A stretch of 64,000 bases of DNA from an uncultured virus (IMG/VR IMGVR_UViG_3300037516_001099) (taxonomy: Duplodnaviria; Heunggongvirae; Uroviricota; Caudoviricetes): the IMG/VR virus record IMGVR_UViG_3300037516_001099, one strand, 5' to 3'. Of this stretch, positions 28,017 to 37,200 are shown in pieces. The notes beneath the pieces were generated by a model. The model did not search any database. It saw only the letters and a program-made list of their open reading frames with translations, and had not been told where the DNA came from. A program made the translations under genes and the position numbers. Numbering within the stretch: position 1 is the first letter of the stretch; the number at the start of each line of letters is the position of its first letter.

Positions 28017-29387
28017 ATGGCCACAATAAAGATTTCAGCGTTACCAGCAATTACTAGTAATAGCGTTACTAGTAATGATCTTTTTCATGTTATTGATGTA
28101 GACGCCACGAGTCAAACATATCCTACTGGCACAAACAAAAAGGTAACTGCGTCGATCTTGGCAGAACGCCTTGCGGCACTTAATACTACTACAATACCTC
28201 CAGTAGTACAGACCGAATTAGACTTAAAGTTATCAATCGCTGACTTTAATGGCGTCGGGCTTAAAATTGCAGCTCCAGTTGTTGCTGCTACTATTGCGCC
28301 AGTAACACTTACTGGTCTGACTGCAATCTTTGCTAATGCCATTATTGACGGAGTGACTCTTGTAGCTGGAGATCGTCTACTTGTAAAAAACCAAAGTACC
28401 ACGTCAGAAAATGGTATCTATATAATTTCAACTACACCGACAATACCGGTTCGAGCAACTGACTTTAATGAACCAACTGAAATTAATAATGGCTTTGTAC
28501 TTGTAAATGGAGGCACAACTCAGAACGGCAGCGGCTGGGCAGTAACAAGCACAGTCACAGTCTCTCCATCTGGAGTAGGGACCGACCCAATCGTTTTTAC
28601 TCAATTTGCATCTGGTCTTTCCGGCCTTTCAAAGTCGTCTGTAGGACTGGGCAATGTTGATAACACGAGCGATATTAGTAAGCCGCTGTCGACAGCAACG
28701 ATCACCGCATTAGCTGGCAAGCAAGGCCTGATAGGCGGCGCAGCATCAACAATAACAACTAGTAACTTAGGTGCTAGTCGAGCATTAGTTTCAGATGTCA
28801 CCGGTAAAGTGGCAGCATCAGCGACAGTAACGAGTGCTCAGTTGGGCTACTTAACTGATGTCACGAGTAACATTCAAGCACAACTAGATAACAAAGCTCC
28901 TCTTGCATCTCCAACATTTACTGGGAATGTTGCACTACCAAGTACAACTACTGTTGGTGGTACTGTAATTGGCACAATTCCAGCTGGAGCAGTTATGGCT
29001 TTTGCCATGAATTCCGCTCCTGCCGGGTGGTTAGTTGCTGATGGAACTGCAGTGTCTCGCGCCACTTACGCGAATTTATTTACGGCGATTGGAACATTAT
29101 ATCCCGGAGGAGATGGAGCAACAACATTTGCTGTGCCAGACTTGCGTGGCTATTTTGTTCGCGGAACAGGAACAAATAGTGATGGGACGGTATCTGGAAC
29201 ATTTGCAGCAAAGCAAGCTGACGAGTTTAAGTCTCACACTCATACTGTTGATAACATTGTATTAGTTCCTGGTTATCAAGGAAGCGGTGGTGGACTCGTT
29301 GGAAGAAGTTCTGCAAATTCTGGCAGCACAGGAGGAACTGAAACTCGCCCTAGAAACATCGCAATGCTTTATTGCATTAAATTTTAA
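28017..29387 (+). CDS. Tail fibre with tail-collar domain
   Basis: IPAGAVMAFA...GWL.ADG..VSR.TYA.LF.AIG...PDLRG.F.RG; ETRPRNIA.LYCIK. Confidence 0.88.
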   Translation: MATIKISALPAITSNSVTSNDLFHVIDVDATSQTYPTGTNKKVTASILAERLAALNTTTIPPVVQTELDLKLSIADFNGVGLKIAAPVVAATIAPVTLTGLTAIFANAIIDGVTLVAGDRLLVKNQSTTSENGIYIISTTPTIPVRATDFNEPTEINNGFVLVNGGTTQNGSGWAVTSTVTVSPSGVGTDPIVFTQFASGLSGLSKSSVGLGNVDNTSDISKPLSTATITALAGKQGLIGGAASTITTSNLGASRALVSDVTGKVAASATVTSAQLGYLTDVTSNIQAQLDNKAPLASPTFTGNVALPSTTTVGGTVIGTIPAGAVMAFAMNSAPAGWLVADGTAVSRATYANLFTAIGTLYPGGDGATTFAVPDLRGYFVRGTGTNSDGTVSGTFAAKQADEFKSHTHTVDNIVLVPGYQGSGGGLVGRSSANSGSTGGTETRPRNIAMLYCIKF

Positions 29388-29389
29388 TT

Positions 29390-29397
29390 TATAAATA
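29390..29397 (+). promoter_or_regulatory. Late promoter TATAAATA
   Basis: 5 nt before ATG 29403. Confidence 0.7.
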
Positions 29398-29402
29398 ATC
29401 TT

Positions 29403-32400
29403 ATGCCAGTTAAAATTACATCACTAGCCCCAATTGATACAATTGCTCAAAATGATCTTATACATATCATTGACGTCGGCAATAAGACCATGGGCGATAG
29501 TGGCACAAATACACATATAACTGCCGGAGCCGCGGCAAATCAATTGGGTGCCTTGCTAACTGCTGTTCCAGCAGTTATACAGACTGAAATTGATGAAAAG
29601 GCTAACATCAACAATCCTATATTTACAGGAAATGTAACTCTTCCAAGTACGACATCGATTGGCGAAGTTACTGCTGGTGAAATCGCATTTGTACATGACG
29701 TTACGAGTCCAATTCAAACTCAACTAGACAGTAAAGTACCAGCATTCAATTCTGCTTTTACCGGAACAATTACTTCATCAAATAACGCTGCCCAGTCATT
29801 AACTTCAGCTGCATTACATTGCACGGGAACGACTGGTGCCATATTAATGGATAGTGCTGGCCACAAAAGAATCTCATGGAATGACGGCGACGGTAACTTT
29901 AACATACGTGCTGGACATTATTATAATGGTACAGCCGTTGTCTATGCGAAGCAGTCAAATGAAAATAATGGAGGAGCAGCAGCCATAGCATTTGGTTCAG
30001 ACGGCGCCGACGGCAACATCACGATGAGTGCTGCACCGATTGGTGTGTCTGGCACAACAGTAGCCTGGGCAAACAACTTTATACTAAATAAAGACGCTGC
30101 ATATACAGATAAAAACTTTGGTATTGGAACAACGTCTCCAGTGGATACGTTAGACGCCAACGGATCAGTAGTATTACGTGGTAACTCTGCTGGAGCCATA
30201 ATGTTTGCTCCTAAATTTGGATGGGCGCCGTACGGCACTAACTATGATAGGTTTGAAATCTATGTAGATCCAAATGCGCAAATTACAACTATTGGAAACT
30301 CACATGGTGGCACCGGGGTCGCCAGAGCACTTGGTCTTAAAACATCTGGCGCCAACAGAATGACAATTATGGCCGATGGCAAAGTCGGTATTGGAACAAG
30401 CGCTCCTACTACTGCGCTTGAAGTAAATGGTACAATAACTGCAACTGCATTTAGCGGATCATTCGTTGGTCAGTTTTCAGGAAATATAGCCACCTCTACG
30501 CTTGCGGCAAAGGCAAGTACCCTTGCTGCTGGCGGTGGTAACGGCACCGCAATGACATTTAACTGGGTAGCGGGGAATCCAACAAATGGACAACCATTGT
30601 GGTTATGGGGCGGCAGTGACGCCGCAAACATGTACGTCTATAATCCAAGCAACTTTAGTGTAGCAACTGCCACCAGTGCGACGACTGCCACCAGTGCGGG
30701 GAGTTTCACTGGTTCGCTGGCAGGAGATGTGACCGGCACCCAAGGTGCGACGACAATCTCTGCGGGGACGGTGACGGGTAAGGCGCTCACTGGCTATGTT
30801 TCTGGAGCGGGGACGATTGCTGCGACCGACACGATTTTAGGCGCAATCAACAAACTCAATGGCAATGTCGGGCTAAAGGCGAATATTGCCAGTCCAACCT
30901 TATCAGGTTTAACGTTGAGTGATTCAAGCATAGTTTTTGAAGGATCGTCTGCAGATGAATTTGAAACTACTCTGACAGTCACTAATCCCACCGCAGATCG
31001 CACTATAACTCTACCAAATGTTACAGGAACAATAGTCACAAGTGGTGACACCGGTAGTGTGACATCTACAATGATTTTAGATGGCACAATTAATAATGCT
31101 GACATAAGCACATCCGCGGCAATTGCCGACACCAAACTAGCTACAATAAGCACAAGCGGAAAGGTTGCTAACAGCGCCACAACCGCAACAAGTAACAATA
31201 ATCCCAATACAATAGTTACTCGTGATGCCTCTGGAAACTTTAGTGCTGGTACGATTACTGGTGACGTCACTGGAAATGTGACTGGCTCGTCTGGTTATGC
31301 GACAACTGCTGGCTCTTGTACAGGAAATGCTGCAACTGCTAGTTATGCAACAGCTGCAGGATCTACAATAAACGTACGTGGAGTATCTAAATTTCCTGAA
31401 AAAAGCAATTCTGGTGCGCTGCTGTTAGGATATGGTTTTACCTTTATTGATTCAGATAACGAAATACGAGCTATTGGTTCTTCGACCGCGGCGAATGCAT
31501 TGCCTGCAACTTTCGATCAATATGCTCCAGCTGGAGTATATGGCCCGCTATTTGAAAATATTATACCTGACAAACTTTATGTAAATCAGCAGTCAGCATT
31601 TGTGATAACGACGACTGGCAAAGTATTTGCGGCGGGTGTTAATACTTCCGGCGGGTTGGGCGTCGCCGTCGTCGGTGAAACTAAGACTTTACTTGATGTT
31701 AAGTTACCGGACACTGAGGTTTGTGTGAAAATTGCTCTTAGTGCAGAACGAAATACTCAAAATACATACTTCTTAACAGCATCTGGAAAAGTATATGTCT
31801 CGGGAGATAATACTCGCGGGCAACTGGGATTTGCCGGTCGGTCGACCTCGTATGATGCAACCGCTCCCGAATTAACAATTGGTCCGGGGAGTCCAAGTCA
31901 AACCACGGCCGTTACAGATATTCAAACAGTTGGCAGTGGTAGCTCCCACACTGCGATAGCATTGTTAAGTAACGGTACAGTATGGGTTTGTGGATACGGC
32001 GACTACGGACAAATGGGAAATGGTACCTCTAATGCGGTCAATACCACGTGGACACAGGTTAGGACGACTGGTACTACCCTTGGTAATATTAAAAAAATAT
32101 ATGCTGCTGGCGCCGATTCGAAAACTTCGCTTTATGCACTAGATACGAATAATAGACTATGGGGGTGGGGCAATAGCTCATGGGGTCAATTAGCGCAAAA
32201 TAATACAAACGAGCAAACGTATGCAGTGAAAGTATCAGATGGCGTTGACAAGTTTTGGGCATTTGGTGCTTCTTGTTTTATAAAGAGACTACCGGGTGCG
32301 GAGCAGGCTGGCATACCTGGCCTCAACTACAGCATTGGACAAATACATTCATGGGGATACAACGGCTACGGCCAATTAGGCATAGGGACTACGACCAACC

Positions 32401-32789
32401 GCACGGTCGTGGGAGACTTTGAATTCCCGTTGAAAAATATTAATATTGAAAATATGTATGGATCGCAAGACGACGGCACGCCCGGCCTTCATGTTTTTGC
32501 CAAACCGCTTAGTTCAAATAACATTTATTCAGCTGGACGCGGGGAGGATGGAGAATTGGGTATAAATCAAGTTACAGATTCAACTTTTTTTGGCAGAGCT
32601 ATTTTCCCAGTAGGTTCTCAAATTATCGATATTATATGTTCGTTTTATACTGGGGTTGGCAGTGAAACGTGGGTTCGTACTGCAGATAACAAACTATATC
32701 ACACTGGCTATAGGAATTGGCTACATGGACCCAACGGCAGCAATAAATCTGCAGTATTTAGTAATGTTACTAATTTAGTGTGCGGCTAA
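29403..32789 (+). CDS. Long fibre with C-terminal RCC1-like propeller
   Basis: VGIGTS.P...L repeats; RCC1 repeats G.VY..G.N..GQLG and WGYNGYGQLG. Confidence 0.82.
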   Translation: MPVKITSLAPIDTIAQNDLIHIIDVGNKTMGDSGTNTHITAGAAANQLGALLTAVPAVIQTEIDEKANINNPIFTGNVTLPSTTSIGEVTAGEIAFVHDVTSPIQTQLDSKVPAFNSAFTGTITSSNNAAQSLTSAALHCTGTTGAILMDSAGHKRISWNDGDGNFNIRAGHYYNGTAVVYAKQSNENNGGAAAIAFGSDGADGNITMSAAPIGVSGTTVAWANNFILNKDAAYTDKNFGIGTTSPVDTLDANGSVVLRGNSAGAIMFAPKFGWAPYGTNYDRFEIYVDPNAQITTIGNSHGGTGVARALGLKTSGANRMTIMADGKVGIGTSAPTTALEVNGTITATAFSGSFVGQFSGNIATSTLAAKASTLAAGGGNGTAMTFNWVAGNPTNGQPLWLWGGSDAANMYVYNPSNFSVATATSATTATSAGSFTGSLAGDVTGTQGATTISAGTVTGKALTGYVSGAGTIAATDTILGAINKLNGNVGLKANIASPTLSGLTLSDSSIVFEGSSADEFETTLTVTNPTADRTITLPNVTGTIVTSGDTGSVTSTMILDGTINNADISTSAAIADTKLATISTSGKVANSATTATSNNNPNTIVTRDASGNFSAGTITGDVTGNVTGSSGYATTAGSCTGNAATASYATAAGSTINVRGVSKFPEKSNSGALLLGYGFTFIDSDNEIRAIGSSTAANALPATFDQYAPAGVYGPLFENIIPDKLYVNQQSAFVITTTGKVFAAGVNTSGGLGVAVVGETKTLLDVKLPDTEVCVKIALSAERNTQNTYFLTASGKVYVSGDNTRGQLGFAGRSTSYDATAPELTIGPGSPSQTTAVTDIQTVGSGSSHTAIALLSNGTVWVCGYGDYGQMGNGTSNAVNTTWTQVRTTGTTLGNIKKIYAAGADSKTSLYALDTNNRLWGWGNSSWGQLAQNNTNEQTYAVKVSDGVDKFWAFGASCFIKRLPGAEQAGIPGLNYSIGQIHSWGYNGYGQLGIGTTTNRTVVGDFEFPLKNINIENMYGSQDDGTPGLHVFAKPLSSNNIYSAGRGEDGELGINQVTDSTFFGRAIFPVGSQIIDIICSFYTGVGSETWVRTADNKLYHTGYRNWLHGPNGSNKSAVFSNVTNLVCG

Positions 32790-32889
32790 TTAATATTTTA
32801 AACTAAAAACCACAACAATAAAAATACGACTATGCCATATAAAATCTCGTACTTTGTATAATTGGTTAGTATTAACATAAAATTTTCTA

Positions 32890-32897
32890 TATAAATA
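32890..32897 (+). promoter_or_regulatory. Late promoter TATAAATA
   Basis: 19 nt before the gp8 ATG. Confidence 0.6.
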
Positions 32898-32916
32898 CAT
32901 TAAATAATAACACCTT

Positions 32917-34299
32917 ATGGCAGCAATCGTAACAGACTCTTTTCGTAGAAACAATGCGCAACTCTTTTTAGGGGATGTAGCGTCTAGCAGCACAAACTAT
33001 TATGTAGGACTCGGAAAATCTGATAAGTGGGTTCTTGATGAAGAAGCTTTACTTCCTGGTGACATTCCTCTTTCACTTGGAATAGAAGGTGACGACTCAG
33101 ATATAAAATCAAATCTAGTAACATTACTTAAGATTAATGATACTCATACGGAACTCGTAATTCCACATATAAAATGGAAAACTGGAGCATATTATAAAGC
33201 TTATAGCCCATATGATCTAGATTGTTTTTATCCGGGTGTTCTCGAAGGTGATGCAGAAATAAATCCATGCTATGCAGTTGTAAGTGGTCGCATCTACCTT
33301 TGCCTTCAACGCGGTGTAGGAGTTACAGCTGGTATTCCAGTAGCAACTGACTATCGCGCAACAATATATGCCAATGACGGCTATGTTTGGATGCTTGTTG
33401 ATAATGTATCAACTGCGTTATCAAAATTAATTACTGACCAGTTTATTAACATAACTTCTGGAGTTGTACCACAAACCATTGCCCCATCTATTGAGGCCAG
33501 TGGAGGAGGGTTACTATACGGTTTTAGTGTGATGTCGGGTGGCTTAGGTTATGGCTCACTCAACGAGGTTACATTTGTTGCTCAATACTCTGATGGCAGT
33601 GAGCTTGAAATTGAGTGTGGAGCGATAGCAGATGCAACTACTGGAGTGCTTAAAAATGTGTTACTACCACCTGATTGGTCATACACCGCAGTCGGTTCAA
33701 AACGAATAGTAAGCGGTTACTTTAAAATAGATTCAACTGGTTCAGGCGCTGTTATAGTTCCTCACATCGCGCCACTACTCGGCTTTGGTTATGAACCTTC
33801 AAAAATATTACCATCGTGGTTTATAGGAATTGCAGTTGATGCAGTTGATAGTATTTCAAGTGACGGGTTCTATATCCCGTATCGTCAAATTTCGGTTTTA
33901 AGAAATGTTGAATATACTGAAAATAGTAGTCCAGACACTCTTGGTGCACTTCGTTACATTACAATCCCAACTCCCCCATCTGCTGGAATTTCAGTAGGAG
34001 ACAAGTTAACGTTTGGAACAACTGGTATAACCGCATATTTTGATTCATATTCTAGTGTTGAGATTGCTGGAGTAACTTCACGCCGAATATACTTTCATCA
34101 AAATTCAACAACTGGGTTTGGAGCTATTCCAAGTACTGGTACAGTTACTGACTCTAAAGGTACGTCTGTGCAATATAGTGCAGTAAGTAATAACGAATAT
34201 ATTCCTCACAGTGGTAAAGTAGTATTTACTGAAAATCGTAAACCGATTAACCGCCAAAGCGGACAAACTGAAGAAATTAAGATTATTATACAATTCTAA
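32917..34299 (+). CDS. 8: Baseplate wedge gp8
   Basis: MAAIVTDSFR, DGYVW, YRQI, ENRKPI.R...Q.EEIKIIIQF. Confidence 0.88.
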   Translation: MAAIVTDSFRRNNAQLFLGDVASSSTNYYVGLGKSDKWVLDEEALLPGDIPLSLGIEGDDSDIKSNLVTLLKINDTHTELVIPHIKWKTGAYYKAYSPYDLDCFYPGVLEGDAEINPCYAVVSGRIYLCLQRGVGVTAGIPVATDYRATIYANDGYVWMLVDNVSTALSKLITDQFINITSGVVPQTIAPSIEASGGGLLYGFSVMSGGLGYGSLNEVTFVAQYSDGSELEIECGAIADATTGVLKNVLLPPDWSYTAVGSKRIVSGYFKIDSTGSGAVIVPHIAPLLGFGYEPSKILPSWFIGIAVDAVDSISSDGFYIPYRQISVLRNVEYTENSSPDTLGALRYITIPTPPSAGISVGDKLTFGTTGITAYFDSYSSVEIAGVTSRRIYFHQNSTTGFGAIPSTGTVTDSKGTSVQYSAVSNNEYIPHSGKVVFTENRKPINRQSGQTEEIKIIIQF

Positions 34300-37200
34300 T
34301 GTCTATTACATCATACAACACAATCTATCATGATGATTATATTTCATCCGGGAATGACGATAAAAATTATCTTCGCGTATTATTTAAACCAGGTTACAGT
34401 GTACAGGTAAGAGAACTAAACCAGTTACAATCTTCTCTACAAGATCAAATAAACCGGTTGGGTGGCAGCGTATGGAAAGCTGATACTGCCGTAGTTGGTG
34501 GCGGTACTTCCTTTTTACCTGAATTATTTTCATTGACCTTTGACCTCTCAACCGCAGAGTTAAATGTTGCTGGAAATGTTCTTACGCTTGCAGAGATTGC
34601 CGAAGCCGCTAAATCCATTGCCTACCTCGATAGCACATTACGTGGCGAGATACTCGGTTATGTTAAGCGTGAGGATGCAAAATATACATTCTACTTTAAC
34701 TATACAAATACTGATGAGGATGGCGTTGGTGTATTTGGTGGAGAGTTTGAAAATGGTTATAAACTTATACTACGTTCGAGTGACACCTCTTTGCCAGAGA
34801 GCGAATTACCAGTAGTAAACTATGTCTCATATGTTAGTGAGGGCCCTGCTTCAGGATTAGTCTGCGAAGAGGGAGTCTTTTATACAAAGGGATCTTTCGT
34901 GGCACTGCCGCGCCAAACATTTTTTATTGATAAAACCGAGACTGACGAGTCTTTAACGGGTTATGCTGTATTAAAGATTGATGAAAATATCACAACATAC
35001 TTTGATGATTCTAGCCTATTAGACAACGCTAATGGTACACCAAACTATAGTGCACCTGGTGCAGATCGATACTCAATTGATCTAACTTTAGACTGGATAA
35101 CTTCTGATGACTATGAGACTAGCACAGATTCATATATAAAATTATTGGTAATAAAGGCTTCGCGTCCAGTTGAAATTGTTGAGACTGCTGAGTATACTGA
35201 AATTATTGATATACTCGCAAAACGTACAAGTGAAGAGTCTGGAAACTATACTGTAAATCCATTTCCTATAGGCATTCGCGAAACCTTTGATGGTGATAAC
35301 CTGCCAGTTGACTGCATTGTCGTTGGTCGCAAGTATCGTATTCAAGATCTTGGTGTAACAACCGGCGAACTTACTAATTGGGTAGGTTTAGGAGCAACTG
35401 CGCCCGTGAGTGTTGGATCAGAGTTTACTGCGGTTAAGTATGCAAGCACGGAAAATACCAGCACAACCGCATTTGTTAACGGAGGAAAAGTAAGCGATCT
35501 TGCTTATCCATACGGTGCGTATCAAGCTGATAATTTAGATCAAATCGGATATGATATTACATCAACTGAAAAAAAAGTTAATGCAATAGAAAGTGCGCGA
35601 GACCAGTATACAGTCACACTCGACTCTTCAGTTGCATATGTTGATGGCTATCGGGTTGCACTTAATAAGAGCTTAAATGTTACTTCTAAAAAGGCGCGGG
35701 ACGAGGCAGAATTATTAACTAGCATCAGCGCAACAACGGGTAGTTACTTTATTGGTACTATCCAAACAGCCAATACGGATGATTCCACGTTTCCAACAAT
35801 ATCAACAGTTACAAATGTTTATAATTTGTATGCATACGAAGATAACGCCGATATTACAGCAACCCCACCAGAAGAGAGCGCCTCAGTTGTAAAGATTGGA
35901 ACTTGTCGTATAAAGGCATTTGAATCTGTTACTGGTAGCAGTTTGTATCGTTGTTATGTGTATGACGTAGAATTTACTGGCGCGTCTACTGCAGAATGGA
36001 ATGCTCGACGATTTGATAATGTTGAGCAGATTTATGGGCATAACTTTATGTTTAATATTGATACCGCGAATAACGGTACTTTGTTAGAAGCAACGGGTGA
36101 CACCGCGATTTTCCAATGTCCATATCCACAGTCGCGTCAAATGAGTAATACTACGTTTTATGCACAACGACTGTTTACTGGCACAGTTCCATCAACTGGA
36201 ACTCCATCAATTACTCTTTCAGTAAGTGGCGGTAGAATATTTACTGATACTAGTGATGTATTGGTAATGATAGCTGGTGACATAGCATCATCTACTACAG
36301 TTAGTCCATCGGGTGACCTCACAACATTAACTATAACTGGCACGGAAGTGACAGCTTCAGCTAAATATTCGGTACTTGCAAAAATAGCCGTAACAAATGC
36401 TGATAATATTGCGCGGGTCACCAAAAGTCGCAAGATAGTTAGTGATACAATAGTGGGCGGTGGCATCAATGGGAGAATATTCTCATTACAAAATACAGAC
36501 GTAATCCGAATAGTTTCAGTAAACACCATCGACGGCGACAGTAAAGACATTACATCACTATTTAAGCTTATAGATGATGGTCAGCGTAATAGTATTTACA
36601 CAAATGCCCGCGTGCAATATTCAGGTCTACCGTTCACTGAAACTATTGAAATTGAGTATGAATATTATGAACGTCTTGGTGGCGTCGGGCGGGATCTGGT
36701 AATGTATAATGTTGATTCATATAGATCAAATAACAACAGTGTCGGCACAGCATATGAAAATATACCTACATACAAGGGGGTAAGTCTTTCAGATGTGATA
36801 GACTTTAGACAGGATGTAGTGTATCCAGTAACTAATGGAGTAGCTGGAATAACTGCCATAGCAAATACAAATAAAAGTCAAATTGATCCAAATACGCCAA
36901 TTACTTCACTTATTAAATTTTACTTACCTCGGATCGACGCGGTTACAGTAAATTCCGGCGGAGAATTTACTATTATAAATGGTGTCTCATCCCTGACCCC
37001 AGTTGAGCCGTCTGTGCCTAAAAATTCGATGACGCTCTATACCTTAAAGGTTCCAGCATACACGCCAAATGTATCTGATATAGTTAAAGTATATAATGAC
37101 AATCGTCGTTATACTATGCGTGATATTGGTGCAATTGAAAAGCGTATTAGTAATATAGAGTATTATACGTCACTTTCACTTCTTGAACGTTCAGCCACAG

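Noticed and set aside
32832..32861. Nine-codon ORF MPYKISYFV resembling the fibre N-termini (MPVKITSL)
   Set aside because: Too short to distinguish from chance, although it could be a remnant of a deleted fibre gene
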